A stretch of DNA of 55,708 nucleotides, from IMG/VR virus record IMGVR_UViG_3300025101_000005, positions 1 to 55,708 of that record. One strand, written 5' to 3'. Origin of the DNA: a virus (lineage: Duplodnaviria > Caudoviricetes). A program made the position numbers and the translations under genes. The stretch's first letter is position 1; every line of letters begins with the position of its first letter. Positions 9,973 through 18,296 of the stretch are shown in pieces. The notes beneath the pieces were generated by a model. That model did no database searches. It was given only the letters and a program-made list of their open reading frames with translations, and was not told the DNA's origin.

Positions 9973-10476
9973 ATGGCATCAGAGCTAACAGTACAAACAA
10001 TAAAAGCACCGACGTCTGGTGGTAATGCCAACAAGATTTTGATTGGTAGCGGGCAAAACCTTATATCCCCTGGGCATGTAATTCAAGTATTAAACATGAG
10101 AACTGATGGTGGCAGAAGCACAACATCAACTTCTTTAGTTAATACTGATATGACTCTAACAATTACTCCAGTAGCAACCTCTAGTAAAATATTAGTTTGG
10201 GCAAATATGTATGAAGTTTATACTGGTAATACAAATACTTCCGTTATGTTTTCTATCAATAGGGGCGGAACTATTATTGGTGACCATGCTGGCGCTACGC
10301 TATTTTATTCACCAGCAAGTCAATACGGTAATGTTCAAATTCAATATTATGATGAACCTAACACAACATCAGCCACTGAATACAAAATTCAGTTTAAATC
10401 TAATAATGGTAACAGTGTATCCATTAACGGTGATAATACACAAAACCATCTTATGTTAATGGAGATTGCTGGATGA
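9973..10476 (+). CDS. putative receptor-binding/fibre-tip protein (paralogue 1)
   Basis: GHVIQV...ITP...SSKILV...DEPNTTSATEY...LMEIA pattern. Confidence 0.7.
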   Translation: MASELTVQTIKAPTSGGNANKILIGSGQNLISPGHVIQVLNMRTDGGRSTTSTSLVNTDMTLTITPVATSSKILVWANMYEVYTGNTNTSVMFSINRGGTIIGDHAGATLFYSPASQYGNVQIQYYDEPNTTSATEYKIQFKSNNGNSVSINGDNTQNHLMLMEIAG

Positions 10477-10970
10477 GTACGTTATTCGTAGACAATCTCA
10501 AGCCGAACCTATCATCAGGCGTTCATGCTAGCGGTCATATTGTACAAGTTACGGATATGACTAAAGTAACTGACTTGCAAGTTACTGTAAATAACTCCTC
10601 TTCAAACACAGCAATTACTCAAGTTAAAACAGACATAGTTCCAAAGTTTGCTAATAGTAAAATCATAATAAATTTTCATACTCAAATATTTGGCCCATCT
10701 GGTAACTATCTTGCGGTAATGATATTTAGAAGCATCAATGGTGGTTCTTTTGGACACACAACAGGAAAGCCACATGCTTTCATTGGTAACGGTGATTGGC
10801 ATGATTGCCACATAAGTATAACTGATTCTCCGACATATACTTTAGGACAGACTGTAAGTTACATGCCGTATGTTTACACACACAATACGTCAGCGAACAC
10901 TTATTTTGGATGGGGCTCAAGTGCTGGTGGTTCGATGACAACACAGTATCTTATGGAGGTTGCACAATGA
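10473..10970 (+). CDS. putative receptor-binding/fibre-tip protein (paralogue 2)
   Basis: GHIVQV...IVPKFANSKIII...DSP...LMEVA pattern; ATGA coupling. Confidence 0.7.
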   Translation: MSTLFVDNLKPNLSSGVHASGHIVQVTDMTKVTDLQVTVNNSSSNTAITQVKTDIVPKFANSKIIINFHTQIFGPSGNYLAVMIFRSINGGSFGHTTGKPHAFIGNGDWHDCHISITDSPTYTLGQTVSYMPYVYTHNTSANTYFGWGSSAGGSMTTQYLMEVAQ

Positions 10971-11563
10971 GTTCAGTAATTAAAGTTGATGCAATCCAGA
11001 ACCAGTCAGGCACAAGCGCCATAGCGATTGATGTCGGTGGAAGACCAGTATTGTCTGATGCTTGTGTTGCCGTGCAATGCTCTAATAGTAGTAGTTTCGG
11101 AACTAGCAGTAATAGCACTTACGTTGGTAATTATAAAATGCCTCTGCCAACATTTACTAGCGCCACTCGTACTGTCCAAGTCAACAGAGGCGGTATGATA
11201 CTAACATTTCCAAGTTACGCTGGTGGCAATTATGCAAAAATTGTTGTACCTGTTACTGGAGTGTATGAGTACCGTTTTTATGGTGGATGTAGAAACTATA
11301 ATACGAGCGATTGGTGGACTCACGGCCTTGAAGTAAATAGTGAATCAGCATCTGGTACTGGTAGTCTTACCCATAATCTTTGGAACTTTCAGATGAATAA
11401 TTCCTCAGACCAAAATGATGATGAATTTGTTCCAACCGAACATAGTTGTGTTATTGCTTTAAATGCAAATGACTACGTTGTTCCATTTGTCCAATCAGTC
11501 CAAAGAATAGACTATTCAAATACTAACATGAGGCATGGATTTATATTCAGGCAAATAGGATAA
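10967..11563 (+). CDS. putative fibre-tip protein, C1q/TNF-like fold
   Basis: Start MSSVIKVDAIQ at 10967 (ATGA overlap); VPVTGVYEY and IALNANDYV motifs resemble C1q-like domains. Confidence 0.6.
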   Translation: MSSVIKVDAIQNQSGTSAIAIDVGGRPVLSDACVAVQCSNSSSFGTSSNSTYVGNYKMPLPTFTSATRTVQVNRGGMILTFPSYAGGNYAKIVVPVTGVYEYRFYGGCRNYNTSDWWTHGLEVNSESASGTGSLTHNLWNFQMNNSSDQNDDEFVPTEHSCVIALNANDYVVPFVQSVQRIDYSNTNMRHGFIFRQIG

Positions 11564-11567
11564 AGAC

Positions 11568-12137
11568 ATGGCACTAACAAAACTAAATGACGCAGCAATA
11601 TCTTCAATAACTAACGCTGGTTTGCCATCCTTAGACCATACGAACATGTCAGTTGGCAGTGTTTTGCAAGTTGTACAAGTTGCGACAGACCATCAACAAA
11701 ATTTTAATACGACTGCATATACAAATCTAGGTAATTTTTCACCAATTATTACACCTAAATTCAGTAACAGTAAAATTCTAGTAAATGTCTGTTTACACTT
11801 TGGTGAAGGCGCTGATACTTTTCCATCATTTAAAGTTTATAGAACGCCTAGTGGTGGCAGCGCAGCTCAGATTGCTCAAGGTTCAAACCTTCGAGAAAGA
11901 GCATCTTTTTCATTTGTTGGAACAGAAAATAGTGGTCGTGACCAATATAGAATGACTTGTGTAAACTGGCAGTATCTTGATAGTCCTTCAACAACTTCTG
12001 CTTTAACGTATCGTGTTGATGTTAGTCCAATGAGAACTACTCCTAGACACATGTATTTTAATAGACATTACGAAATGAGTGACAATAACAGAGCTTCAAC
12101 CATATCTACATTTACTTTATCAGAAATCAAACAATAA
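11568..12137 (+). CDS. putative receptor-binding/fibre-tip protein (paralogue 3)
   Basis: MALTKL start; GSVLQVVQ...ITPKFSNSKILV...DSPSTTSALTY. Confidence 0.7.
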   Translation: MALTKLNDAAISSITNAGLPSLDHTNMSVGSVLQVVQVATDHQQNFNTTAYTNLGNFSPIITPKFSNSKILVNVCLHFGEGADTFPSFKVYRTPSGGSAAQIAQGSNLRERASFSFVGTENSGRDQYRMTCVNWQYLDSPSTTSALTYRVDVSPMRTTPRHMYFNRHYEMSDNNRASTISTFTLSEIKQ

Positions 12138-12146
12138 GGAGGCAAT

Positions 12147-12530
12147 ATGACTGACATAGCACAAGCACTTACGTCTCTCGAAATCAAAGAATGGGTATTG
12201 CGTGGCGAGCCCACATCTAAAGCTGAGTTCGAGAAGATGTTTGTAAAAGTAACTGGCGCAGATAAAGACGGAAGCGCCATAGAAAGCACTGACCCAAAGG
12301 ACTTTGGTGTTACTTGGGATGAGGTAAAAGCAGAACAAGATAAGCTAATAGCAGCAGAGCCCATGAAGCTTTTACGTGCAGAACGAAACATAAAGCTTGC
12401 AGAAACAGACTGGTGGGCAAGCTCTGACCTTACAATGACAGATGCACAAAAGAAGTATCGTCAAGATTTGCGTGACATTACAAAAACATACGATAGTCTG
12501 GAGAAAGTAAAATGGCCTACAAAGCCATAA
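12147..12530 (+). CDS. tail fibre assembly chaperone
   Basis: LRAERNIKLAETDW...YRQDLRDIT...WPTKP signature; AGGAGG RBS. Confidence 0.85.
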   Translation: MTDIAQALTSLEIKEWVLRGEPTSKAEFEKMFVKVTGADKDGSAIESTDPKDFGVTWDEVKAEQDKLIAAEPMKLLRAERNIKLAETDWWASSDLTMTDAQKKYRQDLRDITKTYDSLEKVKWPTKP

Positions 12531-12539
12531 AGGTGCAAT

Positions 12540-12779
12540 ATGGAGTTAATGGTATGGAATGGAGTTCTAACGTTAATACTTGGCTTGGTCGGGTATTTTT
12601 TACGTGAGAAGTCTAATGAAATTAGTCGTTTGTCTATTCTTCTCAATAAGACACGAGAAGAAATTGCAAAAGAATACGTGACGAAAAAAGAAATGGAATC
12701 TGATATAAATAGGGTTATAGATAGATTAGATGCACTAGATTCTAAGATTGATAGGTTAATTGAAAAGAGAGGGCGATAA
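12540..12779 (+). CDS. small membrane-anchored coiled-coil protein
   Basis: N-terminal hydrophobic helix, then TREEIAKEYVTK...LDSKIDRL coiled coil. Confidence 0.7.
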   Translation: MELMVWNGVLTLILGLVGYFLREKSNEISRLSILLNKTREEIAKEYVTKKEMESDINRVIDRLDALDSKIDRLIEKRGR

Positions 12780-12922
12780 TGAACGGCAAAGAAGGAAAAA
12801 TAGAAAAGTACAATCCAAAGGATGCTGCCATAAACAGACCCATGAACAAAAAAGGTCATGGTTCTATAATGGCTGGCAAAGCGATTGTACGAAAGAGTAA
12901 GAAGATTAAAAGAACTAAATGA
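12779..12922 (+). CDS. 47-aa basic microprotein (not in ORF track)
   Basis: MNGKEGKIEKYNPKDAAINRPMNKKGHGSIMAGKAIVRKSKKIKRTK. Fills the gap exactly, with TAATG coupling upstream and ATGA coupling downstream. Confidence 0.75.
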   Translation: MNGKEGKIEKYNPKDAAINRPMNKKGHGSIMAGKAIVRKSKKIKRTK

Positions 12923-13200
12923 CCCCACAGGCAAAGCTCAAAGCGATAAAGGAGCTTACAAGTTCAAAGGGTTGGACAGTTCTTTTAGATGTAATGAATG
13001 ACGAGATTCTGGCGTCTGCCATGTCTATTGCTGAGTCAGCAAACATGGATTTGACAGAAATAAACTTCAGACGTGGCTCAATATGGGCTGCTAAGAGGAT
13101 GCTCGAATTACCTGTACGTCTGCAATCAAAGCTGGAGTCGGAGGTTGCACTGTCTGATATGGACGACAGAAACAAGAACACAGGCAATAATGAGCAATAA
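12919..13200 (+). CDS. hypothetical protein (conserved pre-scaffold position)
   Basis: SKGW.VL...FRRG pattern typical of small genes between portal and scaffold. Confidence 0.7.
   Translation: MTPQAKLKAIKELTSSKGWTVLLDVMNDEILASAMSIAESANMDLTEINFRRGSIWAAKRMLELPVRLQSKLESEVALSDMDDRNKNTGNNEQ
13161..13191 (+). promoter_or_regulatory. phage late promoter motif GGACGAC-N18-AATAAT (scaffold)
   Basis: At the 3' end of the upstream gene; followed by a cUUCGg hairpin (about 13212-13228) and a GGAG RBS. Confidence 0.6.
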
Positions 13201-13244
13201 TTTAAATTAACCCCCCGCTTCGGCTGGGAGAATGGAGAAATAAA

Positions 13245-14318
13245 ATGGCGACACCGCAAAACCCCCAAGACGCTATGGCTGCTGTAGACAGACTGGCCTC
13301 ACAACAAATGGGCGTTAACCCTAATCAGGCGCAAACACCAGCACAACCAGCTACTGCCCCTGAGAAGAAAAAAGAGGACAGCAACGAAGGCAAAGCAGCT
13401 GAGAAAGGCAGTCCTGAAACTGAAGGTGACAAGATGACCGCTGAAGCAATCATCTATGAGATTGAGTTTGGCGATGGAAGTGACCCGAAGACAAAAAGAA
13501 ACCTAACACCTCAACAAATTAAATCAACGTTTGAGAGGTATAGCGCTCTTAATTTTAAGAACGCAAAGTATAAGCCTGTTATGGATGTTATTGAGCAGTA
13601 CATGCGCAAAAACCCTGGGGCGAATACAAAAGACGTTGCTCAGATTCTTAGCAATTTAGCAAAAGGAGAAGAAGCAAATCCCACAATGGGCAACACACAG
13701 GGCGATAAGCCAGGTGTTTATGAGAAAGATGCAGCAGTCAAGTCTGGAGACATGGAGGCAAGTCTTAAGAAGTGGGAAGAAGAAAACGCAGCTTCACTGC
13801 CACCTGGGTACAAAGAGATGATGATGTCTGGAGCCCAAGGAAATCAAGGCATGCAAGCTATGCAGCAACAAATCAACCAGCTATCACAGTTACTACGTGG
13901 TGTATTGGCTAACTCACAAGGAGTTGCAGACGCAGCTAAGAACCAAGTTGCCAATTCACAAGCACAAAGCGTACAGGCTGTACAGCAACAGATTGCTAAC
14001 AATATTGACAAAGTACAACAAGCACTGGGTCTACCTGACACCGCTGCTAATGACTTTATGATATTTGCAGCAGAACGTGGCTTTACTATGGAAGATTTTG
14101 TTGACCCTCAAATGACTATTAAGGTCATGCAAGATTTTAAAAACAGCATGAACAGTCCAGAGATGGAGAGAATGAAGGCTATCGCTGAAAGGCGACAGGC
14201 ATTTACGGGCTCGCTAGGTCAAACACCAGCAGCAAATCCGACAAATGCACCAGCCGAAGCTGGCTCTACTTTGGATAACTTGATTAACAAGACTATGTCT
14301 AGGAAGATGCAAGGCTAA
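13245..14318 (+). CDS. capsid scaffolding protein
   Basis: Q/A/P-rich disordered ends, helical core, located upstream of the capsid gene. Confidence 0.7.
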   Translation: MATPQNPQDAMAAVDRLASQQMGVNPNQAQTPAQPATAPEKKKEDSNEGKAAEKGSPETEGDKMTAEAIIYEIEFGDGSDPKTKRNLTPQQIKSTFERYSALNFKNAKYKPVMDVIEQYMRKNPGANTKDVAQILSNLAKGEEANPTMGNTQGDKPGVYEKDAAVKSGDMEASLKKWEEENAASLPPGYKEMMMSGAQGNQGMQAMQQQINQLSQLLRGVLANSQGVADAAKNQVANSQAQSVQAVQQQIANNIDKVQQALGLPDTAANDFMIFAAERGFTMEDFVDPQMTIKVMQDFKNSMNSPEMERMKAIAERRQAFTGSLGQTPAANPTNAPAEAGSTLDNLINKTMSRKMQG

Positions 14319-14321
14319 TAA

Positions 14322-14522
14322 TTGTACAAAGCATTTGTGACAATATGTCACTTAATGAATCCTGAGTATTGTATTGTACTGGAAGACCAATACGGCCCGT
14401 ACAAGACAGAGGAAATGTGCAAAAGACGTGCGTACGAAATATCAAGAAAAGTTCATAAAGGCTATCCTATGTACAAGTCTAAAAGGTTTAGATGTCCTAA
14501 AATTGGAGATTATGATTTATAG
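14322..14522 (+). CDS. hypothetical Cys-containing protein
   Basis: TTG start; C...C...GPY.TEEMC..R...C motif. Confidence 0.6.
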   Translation: MYKAFVTICHLMNPEYCIVLEDQYGPYKTEEMCKRRAYEISRKVHKGYPMYKSKRFRCPKIGDYDL

Positions 14523-14554
14523 GGATGACAAGTACATAGTTTATAACATATCAT
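14523..14554 (+). promoter_or_regulatory. variant late promoter GGATGAC-N19-TATCAT (capsid)
   Basis: Begins right after a stop codon; one mismatch and one extra spacer base relative to the consensus. Confidence 0.55.
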
Positions 14555-14673
14555 ACTAATAACACACAAAGTTGCGCTACGGCTCAATGTGTTAAAGAGT
14601 TTATGCGATGGTTAATTTCCGTAATGACTCGACTGTAAAATAACCGTAACTAAATGCTATAAGGAGGTAAATT

Positions 14674-15867
14674 ATGGCAGCAATACAAGGATTGCGGGGA
14701 ACAGGAGAGTTTTCATCTGATTTCCGCCCAAAAAATTACCGTGAGCTTTTCACATTGTTGGAACCAAACGGTAACGCTCCACTGAACGCTATGCTTGCAA
14801 TGGGTTCATCCGAGCCAACAGACGACCCAGAGTATAAAAACTTTAGGGACGAACTACCAGAGCGTACTTTGAAAGTGAATGGTGCTGTTGCTTCAACATC
14901 AACAACATCAGTTACAATCGACGCAGCTGACGACAATAAATTCGCTGTAAAAGGCGCAATCATTGTTAACAGTGAGACAAGCGAAGTGATGCACGCTACT
15001 GCTGATACTACTGGCACTACCCTTACAGTGACCAGAAACATTGGTGGTACATCACATCAAATTGCAGATAATGCAATCTTGTTTATCTCTGGCTTTGCAG
15101 CGGCTGAAGGTGACACTTCTCCAACTGCAATCAGCTTTGACGCTTCAGTAGTCTCAAACTTCACTCAGATTTTTAGGACTGCTTTTCAAGTATCAAATAC
15201 TTTGCAAAGCACATTTCTAAGAACTGGTGACAAGTTAGACGAGGCTATGACTAAGGCACTTAAGCTCCACATGTCTGACATTGAGCGAGCTATGTTCTTT
15301 GGTAGTAAGCACGAAGCTAACGGTTCAACTGCACAACCAACAAGGTTTACTGGTGGTCTATTGAACAGCTTAACAAACGTTGTAGACATTGCGACACAGA
15401 ACGCCACTTTCGGTGGTACTAATGCTGGTACAATGACTGAAGATGGTTTCGACTCTCTTCTAATCAACACAGTGTTTAAGTTTGGTTCAAAACAAAAGAT
15501 TGCTTTTGTTGGTGAAACAGTAGCGAACCACTTGCAGCAGTATGGCAAGGATAGATGGCAGCCTACACAAGTTGAGGGTGCTTATGGAGTTAACTTAACA
15601 AGGTATGCTACATTTGCTGGCGACTTGATGGTACACTTGCATCCGCAGTTCCGTCAGTTACCGCACATGAAGAGTGCTATGGTAATTGTTGACTTCCCGT
15701 TCTTGGTATATCGTTTCCTAGAAGGACGTGATACTCAGTTGCTAGAAAACAGGCAAGCCGTTGACGCAGACAGCGTCAAGCACGAGTACCTAACCGAATG
15801 TGGTTTGGAACTCTTGCAAGACAAAGTACATGCGTACATTAAAGGCTGGACTGCAAGGAAGAACTAA
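14674..15867 (+). CDS. major capsid protein (SU10/DUF5309-like)
   Basis: TAAGGAGG RBS; NFTQIFRT...DIERAMFFG...RFTGG and EYLTECGLE motifs; inserted beta domain (TLTVTRN). Confidence 0.88.
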   Translation: MAAIQGLRGTGEFSSDFRPKNYRELFTLLEPNGNAPLNAMLAMGSSEPTDDPEYKNFRDELPERTLKVNGAVASTSTTSVTIDAADDNKFAVKGAIIVNSETSEVMHATADTTGTTLTVTRNIGGTSHQIADNAILFISGFAAAEGDTSPTAISFDASVVSNFTQIFRTAFQVSNTLQSTFLRTGDKLDEAMTKALKLHMSDIERAMFFGSKHEANGSTAQPTRFTGGLLNSLTNVVDIATQNATFGGTNAGTMTEDGFDSLLINTVFKFGSKQKIAFVGETVANHLQQYGKDRWQPTQVEGAYGVNLTRYATFAGDLMVHLHPQFRQLPHMKSAMVIVDFPFLVYRFLEGRDTQLLENRQAVDADSVKHEYLTECGLELLQDKVHAYIKGWTARKN

Positions 15868-15870
15868 TTA

Positions 15871-15901
15871 GGACGACCTTACAGTTCGATTGAGGCATAG
15901 T
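15871..15901 (+). promoter_or_regulatory. phage late promoter motif GGACGAC-N18-CATAGT (tail operon)
   Basis: 3 nt after the capsid stop codon; consensus spacing. Confidence 0.7.
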
Positions 15902-15930
15902 AAGGGGGCAATAATGCCCCCTTACTTTTA
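15899..15930 (+). terminator. intrinsic terminator after the capsid gene
   Basis: AGTAAGGGGGCA-ATAA-TGCCCCCTTACT perfect 12-bp stem followed by TTTA. Confidence 0.75.
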
Positions 15931-15943
15931 TCAAGAGGTTAAT

Positions 15944-16246
15944 ATGACAGAGAAAAAAGTTAGAGCTAGAACGAAAAAAGGTCATTACAAATCTGATGAC
16001 CCGTCTACACCAGATGTAAACGAGGCTTTCGTTCAGGAAGAGCCAAAAAAAGCTTCTGAGCCAACAATAGTTTGGTTTGAAAGCAGACAACCAGAAGCCA
16101 GCATGTTTGATGTAGCTGGTTTGCGTTCAATTAGACGATACTCAGACAATCATTTAGAATGGAAAGTAATGTCAGATGACGTTGCTAGGTTTGAGAAAGA
16201 CCACTTTATTATGAATGGAAGGGTACGTAGGAAGGTTGGAAGCTAA
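15944..16246 (+). CDS. hypothetical protein with RAR..KG.Y..DDPSTPDVNEA motif
   Basis: GAGG RBS before ATG 15944; coupled to the next gene. Confidence 0.7.
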   Translation: MTEKKVRARTKKGHYKSDDPSTPDVNEAFVQEEPKKASEPTIVWFESRQPEASMFDVAGLRSIRRYSDNHLEWKVMSDDVARFEKDHFIMNGRVRRKVGS

Positions 16247-16785
16247 TGCCAACAGTTACAACTGATACCGCTACTGAAACAAGCAACACTAATCCTCACA
16301 TACGTGAGAAAAACTCTCCCCTTGAGAGTCTAATATTTCAGGCGCTAAGACGTTACGGCGATTTTAGCCCTGGAACATTAGATGGGGATGTAGGCTTGAT
16401 GTTCCTTGAGTTTGCAAACATGGTTGTTGACGATATACGTATGCACCCATACGCACCGTCAACCACTACCACCGCAACATCTGGTGACACAACAACCACC
16501 ACAACAACAGTAAATGGCATAGATTATTATGAATCTTTGCAAGACGTTCGTGAGATTGACGATATTATCATAGTCCAAGGATTACTTTATCATTACGCTT
16601 TGCAACAAGGCAGTGAAAAAGTGTCCGTGTATTTACCAACATACAACACAACCCTTAATAGGCAGTTGTGGAGACAGAAGAATGGCAATACAAAGATACG
16701 TATGACTGTTGTGGATGACGGCACAAACAAAGGAAACATTAATAAAGGAAAAACAAATACAGTAAATGGAACGGTCACCTACTAA
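16246..16785 (+). CDS. putative head-tail adaptor (tail tubular protein A-like)
   Basis: Position after the capsid gene and size; LIFQALRRYG and IIVQGLLYHY helices. Confidence 0.6.
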   Translation: MPTVTTDTATETSNTNPHIREKNSPLESLIFQALRRYGDFSPGTLDGDVGLMFLEFANMVVDDIRMHPYAPSTTTTATSGDTTTTTTTVNGIDYYESLQDVREIDDIIIVQGLLYHYALQQGSEKVSVYLPTYNTTLNRQLWRQKNGNTKIRMTVVDDGTNKGNINKGKTNTVNGTVTY

Positions 16786-18296
16786 TGTCCAGCACTATCA
16801 AGTCTCCAAGTGGGGTAAAAACCAAGGTATTTGCTTACGAGAACTTTCAAGGTCTTGATACATCTCGTGACATAACCTCTTTAGATACTGGTAAGGAGCA
16901 ACACCTAAACCAGATTGTTAATGGCACGGCAGACTGGCGTGGGCAAATAGTTCGTGACGCATCAGTTGTATTTAGAAAAGGTGAGTTCAAAGTAAATCAC
17001 ATTCGCTTCTTTGGTAAGGACGAAGCTTTATGGGTAGAGCAAACAGGCTCTGGTCTTAACTTTAAGTCTGACAGAGACCACGAACTACTAGACGTACACC
17101 CAACAGCAGCAATAGTTTCTACTACAGTATTCAACCAATCAGTTCAGTTGGCTGCAAGAGCAAGGCCAATGTACCGATATGACGGCGTAAATTTTACAAG
17201 AAACCAATCACCGTCAATAAACAATTTGCAACCAGGGTTTCTTACGTCTGTGCAAAGACGTCTTGTAATTGCTGGAATCCCAGGTAGAGAAACGCAAGTA
17301 CACTTAAGTCGTGTAGACCAAGACGAGATATTTCCTGAAGACGAAGACCCAGCATCAACAAACGTCTTGCGAGCTGGATTTATAGACATTGCAAACTTGC
17401 TTGGAACAGCTGACCAAATAACTGGTCTTGGCTCATTCGAGCAAAACAGATTGGCAGTATTTACTGCTGACCGAGCCATCATATTTAAAATAGACCCAAG
17501 TATAGATAACTGGCTTGTTGATGATAATGCAAACATCAACATTGGCTGTGCATCTCACAATAGCATTGTAAACGCTGGAACAGACCTGTTGTTCTGCTCA
17601 AGGTCTGGCATACATTCAATTAAACGTTCAGAAGACAACGGTATATTGGTTTTCTCATACAGTCTTTCAGATAAAATTGATATTTTATACAGAGAGCTAT
17701 TTGAATCTGTAGAAGACCCAGAGCAGATTAGCGCCGTTTTTGACCAAGACACAGCACAATACCATTTGTTTTTCCCACAAGCTGGTGGGTTTTTATGTAC
17801 AAGACTTACTTTATCTATGAACCCAGAAGGTGGTCAACCACAACCAAAGTTTAGTACAGGAACCTTTTTAAATTCTAGGTGTGGTGCGTTTCTTAACGGG
17901 AAACTTTTGTTTGGTACAACTGGTGGTGTTTTTGAGTTATTAAAGGTAGAAGAGGTTAAGGATAATTCTATCACTCCAGAACTAACAGTGACGACACCGC
18001 TTTTGTGGCATGGTAGTTTAGAGGATACAAAAGAAACATCGAGCATAATTTTGCAGATGGCTGGTAAAGGAAAAGTATCTGTAGAAGCTCAAGACGACAA
18101 AGGAAGGCTTATTGGCACAATGTTTATGGAAGTAGATGACACATCGGACGACAACTACTTTCAAGATGTGCCATTATCAAGGCAATATGAAAGAAAATGG
18201 CAACATAGGTACAGAGCAGCCCAGTATAAGTTTAAAACTGAAGGGGGTGACGGATTGCTTAGACTTATTGGTTTTGCAGTAGTAGTGAGGACATAA
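16785..18296 (+). CDS. putative tail nozzle / tubular protein B-like
   Basis: 503-aa beta-rich, propeller-like sequence (NIGC....SIVNAGTDLLF.S..GI) after the adaptor. Confidence 0.7.
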   Translation: MSSTIKSPSGVKTKVFAYENFQGLDTSRDITSLDTGKEQHLNQIVNGTADWRGQIVRDASVVFRKGEFKVNHIRFFGKDEALWVEQTGSGLNFKSDRDHELLDVHPTAAIVSTTVFNQSVQLAARARPMYRYDGVNFTRNQSPSINNLQPGFLTSVQRRLVIAGIPGRETQVHLSRVDQDEIFPEDEDPASTNVLRAGFIDIANLLGTADQITGLGSFEQNRLAVFTADRAIIFKIDPSIDNWLVDDNANINIGCASHNSIVNAGTDLLFCSRSGIHSIKRSEDNGILVFSYSLSDKIDILYRELFESVEDPEQISAVFDQDTAQYHLFFPQAGGFLCTRLTLSMNPEGGQPQPKFSTGTFLNSRCGAFLNGKLLFGTTGGVFELLKVEEVKDNSITPELTVTTPLLWHGSLEDTKETSSIILQMAGKGKVSVEAQDDKGRLIGTMFMEVDDTSDDNYFQDVPLSRQYERKWQHRYRAAQYKFKTEGGDGLLRLIGFAVVVRT

